Origin: Raja brachyura | Lineage: Eukaryota | Assembly: GCA_963514005.1 (NCBI GenBank) | Contig: OY740800.1 | Location: 9,982,001-10,046,000, forward strand | Direction: 5' to 3' | Length of the DNA stretch: 64,000 nt | Part shown: positions 25,764-37,600 of the stretch, piece by piece | How positions within the stretch are numbered: position 1 is the stretch's first letter | How the letters are laid out: each line of letters starts with the position of its first letter | Position numbers and translations under genes: made by a program | The notes under the pieces: generated by a model | What the model saw: the letters and a program-made list of their open reading frames with translations, nothing else | Told to the model about the DNA's origin: nothing | Database searches by the model: none

Positions 25764-26296
25764 AACATCTCTCTCTGGTTGTTCTTTTCTAGAGAAATGA
25801 CTCCTGCGCTGTTAATTTTTATTGAAAGTTGCAGCCTCTTTGTTCGTATTTATTCAAAGCATAATTTACATTCATGAGGATCACAATAGTTAGTTTAAAA
25901 ACAAGAGTTATGGGATTCTCCCATTTTAAACAGCTGGTTCACACTTGATTACTGTCAGTGCAGGGCATGCACTAACAGCTGGACAATCTTATCACTGCAC
26001 TCATAAAAAGAGACCATTGTTTAAAATGTGTCTCGGCATAAACCTCTACAGTTAGAAAAAATAAAGTGTGATTTTAAAAAGTGTGATTAAGTAACGATCT
26101 CATATAACGTAGTCAAGCAAATTATCCCCCAAGTATATGTGTAAGTTATTCTTTCATATGTTGTTTATACTGAATTCTTTAATTTCTTGATATTTTTATT
26201 TGAAATTAGCGTGTAATTCATTTTTAAACAGATTTTACCAAAACAACATTGTTCTTTTTTCTGGCTGCTTTATAATGAGATTGATACCAAGGATAC

Positions 26297-26518
26297 ATGG
26301 AGTGGCACAGAGGCATGCCAGTAGAGTTGCTGCCTTACGGCGCTAGAGACCCACGTTTGATCCTGACTATGGCTGCTGTCTGTATGCAGTTTCCTGTGAC
26401 CGCATGGGTTTTCTCCAGGCGCTCTGGTTTTCTCCCACACTCCAAAGATGTCCAGGTTTGTAGGTTAATTGGCTTTGGGCTGAAGGGCCTGTTCCTGCAC
26501 TGCATCTCCAAAGTCTAG
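26297..26518 (+). mobile_element. Internally deleted V-SINE
   Basis: gtagagttgctgccttacggcgc..ctcccacactccaaagatg..gggctgaagggcctgtt. Confidence 0.8.
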
Positions 26519-27560
26519 AAGATACAACCTGGTGGTGTCAGAGACCAAACTAATTGGACAAGATCACATCAACATAATTCAATCCGTGGTTTAAAGACGT
26601 ACATTCCATCATTATTATCATTATCGTTAAGCAGGAACTTGCAACCATTAAGTAACTCAAGAAATAGAAGTGCTTGGATTGCAGGAGTCTCTCAATAACA
26701 TTGTGATGCAAAATTGATACTCTGTACTGCTGGGAAAGATTGTTACAAATGTATTTGCTCAATTAAACTCTTTAAAGTGTCGACCCTGGAATGTATAATA
26801 GAGCCATTGATATAAATGTGTGCCAAAATAGACCAGGAACTAGCATTTTGGAAAAAAGCAAGATAATTTTAATATTTTATGGATTCTGCTGATGCACGTG
26901 AGTCTGAATTACACAAATGTTTATGCAAAAAGTTTCTTAATATCTTATATTTATATAATGAACCAAAAGTGACCAAGACTTTGCCTCTGTAATTAAAATG
27001 CAAGTATTTTAAACTTACAGTTATACTGCTCTGTTTAAACATTTCAATAAGTAGCTGAGTAAAACTTAACATTTGATTTCATCTCAGGGGACATTTGACC
27101 ATTTTTCCACAGATTGGATGTCTTTAAATTATTTGTTTTGAAGCATTGTACATTGGTAAATGATAAAGGGATACTATAAAGGTACCAGTGCTTGCTCACG
27201 TTGGACGTGTCTGTCATTGTTCCTCTGTGTCGTGCAGGAGGGCTCCAGTTCCTGGTCATGCACAGCATGAGCTATCTGTTACACCTGCTTCCCTTTCCCC
27301 CTCCCAAACACATTCTCCCAGCAAAATACGCACGATTGTTTTGACAGAAGTTAATTGTTTTGTAACAAGAGGTTAGGAAGGGTTATGATAAAGTTAGGAA
27401 GTTTAGAAATACCAGAGGATAAGTAGAAATAACCTTGTTTAACGAGGATAAATGTCTTACCAGAGTGCAATGGAATTGCTTATTATTTTGTATTTTAAAG
27501 ATAATGCCAGTTTTGAATTTTCACCATATTCTGAAATAAAATAAGGCCAGACACAAATAA

Positions 27561-27698
27561 AGTACCTCAGCGAGACAGGCATCATCTCTGGGTAGAAGGA
27601 ATGGGTTCCTTCTCTGCAGAGATGCTGCCTGTCCTGCTGAGCTACTCCAGCTTTTCCTGTCTATCTTCAGTTTAAACCAGCATCGGCAGCTCCTTCCT
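27561..27698. mobile_element. Short hairpin Penelope-terminal-repeat insertion, 10-bp TSD
   Basis: Arms 27561-27601 / 27606-27646. acacaaataa at 27551-27560 and 27699-27708. Confidence 0.7.
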
Positions 27699-28393
27699 AC
27701 ACAAATAATGTATCTTCTTGATTACCTTTAAAATACTGAAGAAAAGTCTGGGCAGATTACAGAAACATGTAGTGGTTATGGACAAGCTATGAGACCCAAA
27801 TTAGGTGCTTATGTTCTTGTATATGTTAGCTGGAAAGTTTCTCCACATATTACGTTGAAGTCCACAAGTTTGGAGCGAGTGGCAGATAATTTCAGCTGTG
27901 CCATGCTGAAATCCAATTTCAAACATGGGTGATGGTCCCTTGCGCAAGATAAAGCAGACTTGATTACTGCCAAGGGACTGAATGCCTCCAAGGGTGGAAA
28001 GAATGGAAGAGGAGGAACGAACATTTCTTGAACTGTTGAGTCAGAGTGGGAAATCTCTCATTTTCCCTTTCACACAAACAAGTCCTAAAATGATATTCTT
28101 TAGCACTCAGATCATGGTGTTCTCATGTGAACTCTTTGTGTATTTATATTTTCATGAGGCCAAAGTAATGCGGTTGGTTTTTATATGTCAGGCTATGTCT
28201 AATGCATTTACATGCTTGTTTCAATGGTTTAATATTGTCATTTGTGGTGAGGATATGGCTGGTTTAGATGGTTGCTAAAACCCCTTAAGGTTTAAACTCA
28301 CTGTTTCTATGATGAAACAATTAAACATTTTCAGTGGTTTTATCAACTCTTGACAGTTGCCTTCAAAATGTTAAGCCTCTATAATGGGCAGCC

Positions 28394-28672
28394 CAGTGGC
28401 GCAGTAGACCCGGGTTCCATCCTGACCTCGGGTGCTGTCGTACGGAGTTTGTACGTTCTCCCTGTGAACACGTGGTTTTTCTCCTGGTCGCCCGGTTTTC
28501 TCCCACACTCCAAAGATGTACAGGATTGTAAGTTAATTGGCTTTGGTAAAATTGTAAACTTGTAAATTGTCCCTAATATGCAGGATAATACTAGTGATTG
28601 CTGTTCAGCGTGCACTTGGTGGGCTGCAGGGCCTGTTTCCCCGCTGTATCGCTGAAGTCTAAAATTCTAAAG
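28394..28672 (+). mobile_element. V-SINE (HE1-like)
   Basis: cagtggcgcagtagacccgggttccatcc..tacggagtttgtacgttctccc..tctaaa tail. Confidence 0.85.
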
Positions 28673-28705
28673 TACAATTTTGTGAGATGAAACGTATGAG
28701 GAAGA

Positions 28706-29030
28706 TGATTCAGATTCAGAAAACTTTATTGTCTGTCGTAACAGAAAATCTTCTTTGACGTGGCTCAACATACAACAAGACAATATACAACAGTCATCAT
28801 ACAACACAGCCTTCTGCGGGCACACTCAGTGTGTATAGGTCTTAAAAACAAGTATAAAGATTAGAAATTGTAAAAATAGACAAGATAAAAGTTGAAAGTT
28901 GTGGATACGTGTAAAGTGACAGTGCGTCAGGGTTACGTGACATAATTGACTTAGTTCCATTTGGTGTCTATATCAGTCTTCTTCTGTGTTCCAAATGGTG
29001 CTGTTTCGCAGTCAGTCCAGCAGTAACAAG
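28706..29030 (-). mobile_element. Unassigned LINE 3'UTR fragment
   Basis: Minus strand ends gacaataaagttttctgaatctgaatc, a Rex1-like (GAATCT) tail. Confidence 0.45.
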
Positions 29031-29044
29031 CATGAAAGTTTACA

Positions 29045-30857
29045 TGTGTGGGATGGAACTGCATATACTGATTTAAACCGAAGATAGACACAAAAAGATG
29101 GGGTAATTCAGCGGCTCTGACAGCATCTCTGGAGAAAAAGAACAGGTGATGATTTGGGTTGAGACCCTTGTTCAGACTGATTGGGCAAAGGAAAACAAGA
29201 GATATAAATGGTGATGTAGAGATATAGAAAATATTAATGCAAAAAAGTAAAGATGATAAAGGAAACAGGCCATTGTTAGCTGTGGCCTAGGTGACAACGA
29301 GAAGCTGGTGTGACTTAGGTGGGGGGGGGGGGGGGGGGGGGGGGGAGGGGTGGGGGGGAGGTATGGAGAGAGAGGGAATTCTGGGGTTACTTGAAGTTAG
29401 AGAAATCAAATTCATACCACTGGGTTGTAAGCTGCCCAAGCGAAATATAAGATGCTGTTCCTTCAATTTGCATTAAGCCTCACTCTGACAATGGAGGAGG
29501 CCCAGGACAGAAAGGTCAGTGTGGGAATGGGAAGGGGAAGAGAGTTCAAGATTCAAGAAAGTTTATTGTCATCTGTCCCAGATAGGACAATGAAATTCTT
29601 GCTTTGCTTCAGCACAATAGAATATAGTAGGCATAAATAAATACAGAACAGATCAGTGTGATCGTATACCAATGAATGTATATATACACACATAAATAAG
29701 CAGATAAAGTGCAAAGGCTATTAAAGTTCAGATATTTGTTTGAGTTGAGTTTAATAGTCTGGTGGCTGTGGGGAAGTACCTGTTCCTGAACCTGGATGTT
29801 GCAGATTTCAGGCTCCTGTACCTTCTACCTGAAGGCAGCGGAGAGATGAGTGTGTGGCCAGGATGGTGTGGGTCCTTGATGATGCTGCCAGCCTTTTTGA
29901 GGCAGCGACTGTGGTAGATCTCCTCGATGGTAGGGAGGTCAGAGCCGATGATGGACTGGGCAGTGTTCACAACTTTTTGCAGTCATTTCCGCTCCTGGGC
30001 GGACAAGTTGCCGAACCAAGCCACGATGCAACCGGTCAGCATGCTCTCTACTGTGCACCTGTAGAAGTTCGAGAGAGTCCTCCTTGACATACCGACTCTC
30101 CTTATTCTCCTCAGGTAGTAGAGGTGCTGATGTGCTTTCTTTATAATTGCATCCGTGTTCTCGGACCAGGAGAGGACTTTGGAAATAAGCACGCCCAGGA
30201 ATTTGAAGCTCTTGACCCTTTCCACCATCGACCCTTTGATATAAACAGGACTGTGGGACCCCATCCTACCCCTTCCAAAGTCCACAATCAGTTCCTTGGT
30301 TTTGCTGATGTTGAAAACCAGGTTGTTGTGCTAGCACCATTTGGTCAGTCAGTCGATCGATCTCACTTCTATACTCTGATACGTCCAACAACAGTGGTGT
30401 CGTCGGCGAACTTGATGATGGCGTTTGCACTATGACTGGCTACACAATCATGAGTATAGAGTGAGTACAGCGGGGGGCTGAGCATGCAGCCTTGAGGTGC
30501 TCCCGTGTTATCAAGGCTGACACATTTCCACCAATATGAACAGACTGTGGTCTGTGAATGAGGAAGTCAAGGATCCAATTACAGTGGGATGCGCAGAGAC
30601 CCAGATCTGAGAGCTTGGTAACCAGCTTGGAGGGGATGACTGTATTAAATGCCGAGCTGTAGTCAATGAATAACAGCCTGACATATGAGTTTTTGTTGTC
30701 CAAGTGGTCCAGAGCAGAGTGGAGAGCCAGTGAGATCGCATCCACCGTTGATCTGTGTAAAGTATTAAAGTGTTTGGCAACCGGGAGATCAGGTAGGTCC
30801 AGGCGGACTGAGCGAAGGTGTTCAGCCAAACGACTGCCAAGTCTACGCTTGGTGTTC
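29045..30857 (-). mobile_element. Penelope-like 3' part (29045-29539 and 30762-30857) split by a Rex1 insertion
   Basis: Terminal repeat at 29045-29180. GIY-YIG C-terminal pieces (KRRLGSRLAEHLRSVRLDLPDLPVAKHFN) rejoin across the insertion. Confidence 0.8.
29543..30758 (-). mobile_element. Rex1/Babar-type LINE nested in Penelope
   Basis: [34 protein letters not shown] and LPSGRRYRS pieces. Tail cttgaatcttgaactc. Confidence 0.88.
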
Positions 30858-31936
30858 AGTTTATTTTATTTTTTCAGACCAATGAAATTTTGAAATGTTA
30901 ATGAATTAATAATATGTGCATGCAATTCTATTTATCAGTTTTTATTGTATCAATGGTGTTACCCACTAACTGATTCACAGAGGAATGGAAGATCTGGCTT
31001 ATGTATTAAATTGTGACTACATTCTAAACTTACATAATCTAAAAATAAAGAAACATTCCGGTTTAAGTCTCTAAGGCAAAAATCTGTTTTATCCCCTCAA
31101 ATATTAAGGAACATTTTTGGTCAGCATGTCTAAGTTCTTAAAATGGTTTCCTGAGAAGAAAATGTATCATGACCCTTTCATCCTCTGGTATGCCGAATAC
31201 CTACAAGTTGTATCCTTTGCTTTTCCCAGATCATTCAATTTAGTAGCTATCTTAGTTTTTCTCCTCAGCAAGGTATTCCATAGTGGCCCCCTGCTCAGTA
31301 ATTCACTGGTCATGCACAGTTAAGGTTTGCTCTACTCCTATAAATCTTAGTTTGGTTTGTGTCAGAGTGAAAGTAAGAACTTTGACATCAACTCCCAAAA
31401 TGCACACACCACTCACAGGCTGCCTGGGGGATAGCTTCTCCCTGGTGCTTACCACCATGTCTGAATTTGACTGCCGCTCCATAGTGAAGGAGATGGCTTT
31501 GAGCCAAGTGTGTTGAAACACGGTTGAGACAACATCATGCTGAGTGTTCTGAGTACTGTGTTTATGCTGGCTGTGCTGTGATTTGCAGGAACTACTTTGT
31601 TTTTCATTGAGTAAGCATCTTTGCTAAGATCTTTCCACTCGTGTAAACACCAGGAAAGGTAGTTACTTGTGAAAACCAACAATTCTAACATTCTAGAGTA
31701 CAAAACAAAACTTTAGCAAATTACCATTCTGAATTTTTGTCCAAAAATCACAGATGGAGAGGAGAGTGCACATGCGACATGCTTCAGCTTTTGTATTTGG
31801 CCTCATGGTGAAGTCATTGGAAAATGAGTGGGGAAATAAAGGTTTGGTTGAAAAGAGCTTGTGACATTTAGTGAAGAAATCTGGCGACAGTGCAACCTGG
31901 AGACCACACACTTGTGTTTTGATGACTAGTGCCTAA

Positions 31937-32001
31937 TGGGCCTGCCCCACTTAGGGGACTTTTTAGGTGACTGCAGGAGACTATGCAGTCGCCACATGTT
32001 C
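31937..32001. mobile_element. Left end of a Harbinger-type MITE truncated by CR1
   Basis: taa|tgggcctgccccacttagg, the same TIR family as 53838-54356. Confidence 0.6.
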
Positions 32002-32417
32002 TTGTATTCACTGGAGTTTAGAAGGATGAGGGGATATCTTATAGAAACATATAAAATTATAAAAGGACTGGACAAGCTAGATGCAGGAAACATGTTCCCA
32101 ATGTTGGGAGAGTCCAGAACCTGGGACCACAGTCTTAGAATAAAGGGGAGGCCATTTAAGACTGAGGTGAGGAAAAAAATGTTTACACCCATAGAGTTGT
32201 GAATTTATGGAATTCCCTGCCACAGAGGGCAGTGGAGGCCAAGTCACTGGATGGATTTAAGAGAGAGTTAGATAGAGCTCCAGGGGCTAGTGGAATCAAT
32301 ATGGGGAGAAGGCAGGCACGGGTTATGGCTGTGTTCCAAATCAATGATCACAATGAATATCGGTGCTGGCTTGAAGGGCCGAATGGCCTCCTCCTACACC
32401 TATTTTCTATGTTTCTA
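32002..32417 (+). mobile_element. CR1 (HER1-like) 3' end
   Basis: LYSLEFRRMRGYLIETYKI..NLWNSLPQRAVEAKSLDGFK, followed by a ttctatgtttcta tail. Confidence 0.9.
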
Positions 32418-32621
32418 ATTCCCACCACCACAAATCCTGCAAAACAGTATTCAAGAGAAAAGAGAGGTACGGAAAGAATTGGGATATTAGTGGCGGAATA
32501 TGCCAACTGTTTCTTAGATAGTCTTGCTCAGGATCTTTGTGGGAATTTACTTCTAATGATCTTACAGAATGTACTTCTCATAAAGTGCCACTTCTAAGAG
32601 AATAAATAGTTGAATGTTAAC

Positions 32622-34045
32622 AAGTCAAGAGTCAAGTCAAACAAACTTTATTGTCATTTAGAAATACATCGATATATGCAGTTCCAAATGGAATTCCGTT
32701 GCATTTGGCGCCCTGTGCAACACGATAATTAACTGAAGGATAAACATGGATAAAATGGATAAAAAGGATAAAAGGATAAATAGACAATGGTGGCAGCCCA
32801 TTACATGGCATTCAGGAGTCTGATGGCTCGTGGGAAGAAGCTGTTGCAGAACCTTGATGTTCTGCTCCTTATGCTGCGATATCTTTTGCCCGAGGGCAGC
32901 AGAGTGAACAGTCCGTGATGGAGATGTGTGGGGTCTTTTATAATACTGCTGGCCTTAGACACGCAACGTTTGGTCGCAATATCCCCGATTGAGGGGAGAG
33001 AAGTCCCGATGATTTTTTCCGCTGTCCTCACCACTCTCTGCACGGACTTCCAGTCAGAGGCTTTACAGTCCCCAAACCAGACAGAGATACAGCTGGTCAA
33101 AATACTCTCTATGTTGCCCCAGTAGAAAGTGGTGAGGATGGGATGGGGGAGGTGAGCTCTTCTCATCCGGCGCAGAAAGTGCAACCGCTGCTGCGCTCTC
33201 TTAACTGTTGATGAGATGTTATTTGACCAGGTCAGACTGTTAGTGATCTGCACCCCCAGGAACTTTGTGCTACTGACCACCTCTACATCGCTGTCATTGA
33301 TGTGAAGTGGTGTGGGACTGTGCCGGTTTTTCCTGAAGTCGACGATGACCTCATTTGTTTTTTCGACATTCAGGATCAGGTTGTTCGTATTGCACCAGTC
33401 CACCAGTTGTTTCACCTCCTCCCTGTAAGCTAGCTCATTGTCGTCCCTGATGAGGCCCACCACTGTTGTGTCATCTGCGTACTTCATGATGTGGTTTGTA
33501 CTAAACCTGGCACAACAGTCGTGGGTCATCAGAGTAAACAGCAGTGGACTCAGGACACAGTCCTGAGGGGAGCCGGTGCTCAGAGAGATGATGTTAGAGG
33601 TGTTATTTCCAACCCTCACTGACGGGTCTGTCAGTGAGGAAGTCCAGTAGCCAGTTACACATGGGGGTGCTGAGGCCCAATGGAACCAGTTTGCTTATCA
33701 GGTGCTGAGGGATAATTGTGTTGAATGCTGAACTAAAATCCACGAACAGCATTCGCACATAGGTGTTCTTCTCCTCTAAATGTTCCAGGCTCAGATGGAG
33801 TACGGAGGATATAGCGTCCTCTGTGGAGCGGTTTGGACTGTAAACAAACTGGTATGGGTCAAGTGTGGAGGGGAGTCTGGAGGTAATATGGTCCCTGACC
33901 AGCCTCTCGAAGCACTTCATCATTATGGGGGTGAGTGCTACAGGGCGGTAGTCGTTGAGACATTGTATGTTGGATTTTATTGGCACTGGTATGATGGTGG
34001 CAGTCTTGAAACATGATGGGACGACAGCCTGGTTCAGCGAGGTGT
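32622..34045 (-). mobile_element. Rex1/Babar-type LINE (RT with one frameshift)
   Basis: ORFs 33603-33986 ([21 protein letters not shown]) and 32801-33619 (YADD, KFLG). (TTGAC)n tail. Confidence 0.92.
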
Positions 34046-35164
34046 CAAATGTTATCCATTATCTTGGATAACATTTGGGAGGCCAAGCTTTGACTGTAAT
34101 TACTCAATGCAGACATTACAAGATGGTTATAAAGGAGCTAAATCCCATGTTTAAATCACTCTAGTGGTTGTTTTTTTCCAATGGGAAAATCCAACCTCTA
34201 GAACACCCTCGTTCCAAAGCTCTTTCCTCCTTTTGTATCCCTCCATAAACTTATTTTTGTTCTTGTCCATCCAAAAGTCCCTTTCATGGCTGTGCCAATT
34301 GGTTTGCTATTACAGCAATGGAGTAACAATGGATTATACTTTAATTGTCCAGCTTTTGAGGTCTGGATATGTATATGCGTTAATTGTTATCCTTCAAATT
34401 TAAGTCCATTCTAGATTGACATTCGGATGAAAGGCAACATCTGCCAGTCTAGTTCAGAAACTACAGAACAGCTGGAATGATACAGGCAAAGAGCATTGGT
34501 GCAGCAAGCAGGTAGTTTGCTGACAATGGGATGAAGGGAAACACCCAGGGGTGTAACGTGGCATCAGATTTATCTCCAATGATCAGCATTCGTGGTGAGA
34601 GTTCGGGTTAGGAAATGTATCTGTGCCCAAACTAATAACATGATCACGGTGAACAGTAAAACAAAACCAGCACATCTCATTCACATATTCAAAATAGCAT
34701 ATCTTACAAAGTCTTCATGGTCGGTGATCAATGCATGGTTTGTCAGTTTAGTTTTCAATTACTTGTTGAATTAATCCTCTATTTTTCTCTCCATTTTGAT
34801 TTTTCTAATGGCGAATGCATGGATGAACTGCTTTCTGTTTAAAATATTGCAGCAACCACTGACTTTCTCTCATATTTTTTTCATTTTTTTATTTTTTGTT
34901 ACTGTTATTCTTACATTACTTCTAATAAAAAAATTAAAAAATAAATTAAAAAATATATATTTTTGTGTTCCTCAGCTCTACGTGAGGCCATACATGGGGT
35001 TAGGGAGAGAGCAAATGGTGACCGAGGACAATGGAGTGAGTGGTGGTGTGGTTAGTTCTGGAGAAACATCTACATGTCATATTCCATACATGAGGATCCA
35101 GCAACACTCACCCCATGAGGTTTAGCTTCCGGCAGTCGGGAAACAGACACTTGTAGTTTCAAAT

Positions 35165-35520
35165 AGGAATGTGTAGGTACTGCAGATACTGGTTTACACC
35201 AAAGATAGGCACAAAATACCGGAGTAACTCAGCGGGACAGGCAAGATCTCTGGAGAAAATGAATGGGTGGTGTTTCGGGTCAAGGCCCTTCTTCAGGCTG
35301 AGAGTCGGGAGACTAGAGATATGCAAGGGTAAGGTGTGAAAATGACAGATTAAAGCAGACGCTGATCAAGGAAATGTAGAATGGTTCATTGTTGGCTGGG
35401 ATGGAAGGCAACAATGAGGCATACAATCTGAAATGATCAGGACAGTGAAACTAATTGGAGAACTAGGGTGGGGGAGGGACAGAGAGAAAGGGGAAGCAAG
35501 GTTTACTTGAAGTTAGAGAT
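35165..35520 (-). mobile_element. Penelope-like 3' end / terminal repeat
   Basis: ctgcagatactgg..gtaactcagcgggacaggc..gtttcgggtcaaggcccttcttcagg, plus gttacttgaagttagag. Confidence 0.8.
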
Positions 35521-35654
35521 GCTTTTACAAGGTAGCATCTCCATCGTGATATTTATTTGAGCAATCCATGCTCAGATTGAAGCCAATACTTCAGTCTGAC
35601 TGCATAAAAACCTAGAATGTACAACTTTGATTTTAAAAAATGATTTACCCACTG

Positions 35655-36510
35655 GGATGGCAGGTGTTACACTTTGGGAAGTCGAATGTAAAGGGATGGT
35701 GTACATTTAATGGCAAGATCTTCTTCTTATCAAGTCCACACACAGGATTAGAAGTTGTTCAGCCAGAGCTGAACACACTTCCGGGCATCTGCATGCAATG
35801 GTGTCTGTCTTGTCGCTTCTTGTGCGTAGTGGTGGAAAGATTGGTGGAAACAGGGTCGCGACTTGAACGCTCTTTCCTTGATCCCAATGGCAAGTTGCAA
35901 CGCGGGTAAATAGATAGGTAAAGAAGGCATGTGGTACGCTCGCCTCCATTGGTCAGGCCTTTGAGTTTGAGCATTAGGAAGTCCTGTTGCAGTTCTGTAA
36001 GACTTTGGTTAGGTCACATTTGGAGTATTTTGTGCAGTTATGGTCACCCCATTACAGGAGGCTTTGGGGAGGGTGCAGAAGAGGTTTACCAGAATGCTGC
36101 CAGGATTAGGTGGTAGTAGCTACAAGGGGAGGTGGGACAGACCGGGATTGTTTTCTCTGGAATGTCAGAGTTTGAGGGAAGACCTGATAGAAGTACATAA
36201 AATTACGAGAAGCACAGATCGGGTGGATGGTCAAAACCTTTTTCCCCAGGGTGGAAATATCAAAGATTAGAGGGCATAACTTGTGAGAGGGTAAAATAGA
36301 AAGGAGATTATAGGACGTGTTTTTACAAAGGAGGTGGTAGGTTCCTGGAATGTGTTGCCAGGGGTGGTGGTGGTGGCAGATATGATAGTGGCTTTTAAGC
36401 TTTTAGAGAGGCATATGGAAATGAAGGAATATGGACCATGTGCAAGCAGATGAGATTAGTTCATCTTGTTCGGCGCAGACTTCGCTGCTGCTGTGCGGTT
36501 TGACGTTCCA
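35655..36510 (+). mobile_element. Degraded CR1 LINE containing a 168-bp insertion
   Basis: VLHFGKSN..; RVQKRFTRMLPGL..GLFSLE..EDLIEVHKI. Confidence 0.82.
35718..35885 (-). mobile_element. Short unassigned retroposed insertion with a 9-bp TSD
   Basis: aatggcaag at 35709-35717 and 35886-35894. Minus strand ends in tgataagaagaag. Confidence 0.6.
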
Positions 36511-37454
36511 TGACATAGTGCCAATCTACCCAATTTTGTAAGTTAAGATTCACTTCCATTTTTGCAGTTTTTCAAAGAAAAATCTGCTGATGGAACTCCA
36601 GTTGAGGCAGCACGATAGTAGGAACCACAACAATTAGTTGCTTGTTGTTTAACAAAATTGTTTAACGTGTGAGAGTCTGCCTGTTACTGTGGGCAGTAGG
36701 AAGAAAGTTGTCTGTGACAATGCTGACTTTTGTCATTTAATAAAATACCCAGATCTTGGTTTGAATCACTAGTTTTTAGCATCGTCGAGATAGAGATCTT
36801 GAGACCTGGTGTCAGAACTTCTGCTGGACCATCGTTTACACGTCAAGCTATAAGTGGAAGCTGGAGGGTGCGATCCCTCCTTGTGGAGATAGCCTGGGCA
36901 TGGGCACCAAGAGCAAGCTGCATGGTTCAATCGAGAGACTTCACGAGTGGTTGAATTAACAGGCAAGCAACTTGTTTAAAGAGAGTATGGAAGAAAAAGG
37001 TTCACTTGTACTTTTGATCTGGCTGCGGCAGATAAATCAGAGGGAACTAAAGAAAAGATGTAATTGTATCTGATGAGAGTGAGCGAGAGAGAGATTCCAT
37101 GAAACCCTCAAATGAGCCCCCATGGAATGTGTGGGATTCAGTCTAGGCAGACTGTAACCTGCCCAGTAATGAAGCAGCTGACTTACTGTGTTGTTTTATA
37201 CTCAACCAGGAGCAGGGAGAAACCTTTGGTACATTCAGTAACAGAATATGATTGTGAGCAGAAAATTGCAGGTCATCAGAAATTGGATTATTTGTGAAAT
37301 CCAGGAGTCCTGCCTTGGGGAACAATTTTCTGTACGACTAAGTGTAACGCTGGAAGAGTGCATACAGATGTGAAAAACTGCAGTGACGAAAGACCTGGTG
37401 AGAAATGTTGGATGGCCAACAGCAGTAGGTACTTCACTGCACACATGCAGTGAC

Positions 37455-37600
37455 GTTCATAAGTGATAGGAGCAGAATTAGGCCATTCGGCCCATCACAT
37501 CTACTCCATCCATTCAATCATGGCTGATCTGTCTCTCCCTCCTAACCCCATAACCCCTGACACCTGAACTAATCAAGAATCTATCCACATCTGCCTTAAA
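37455..37600 (-). mobile_element. CR1 3' terminal fragment
   Basis: ataggagcagaattaggccattcggccc..cattcaatcatggctgatc. Confidence 0.8.
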
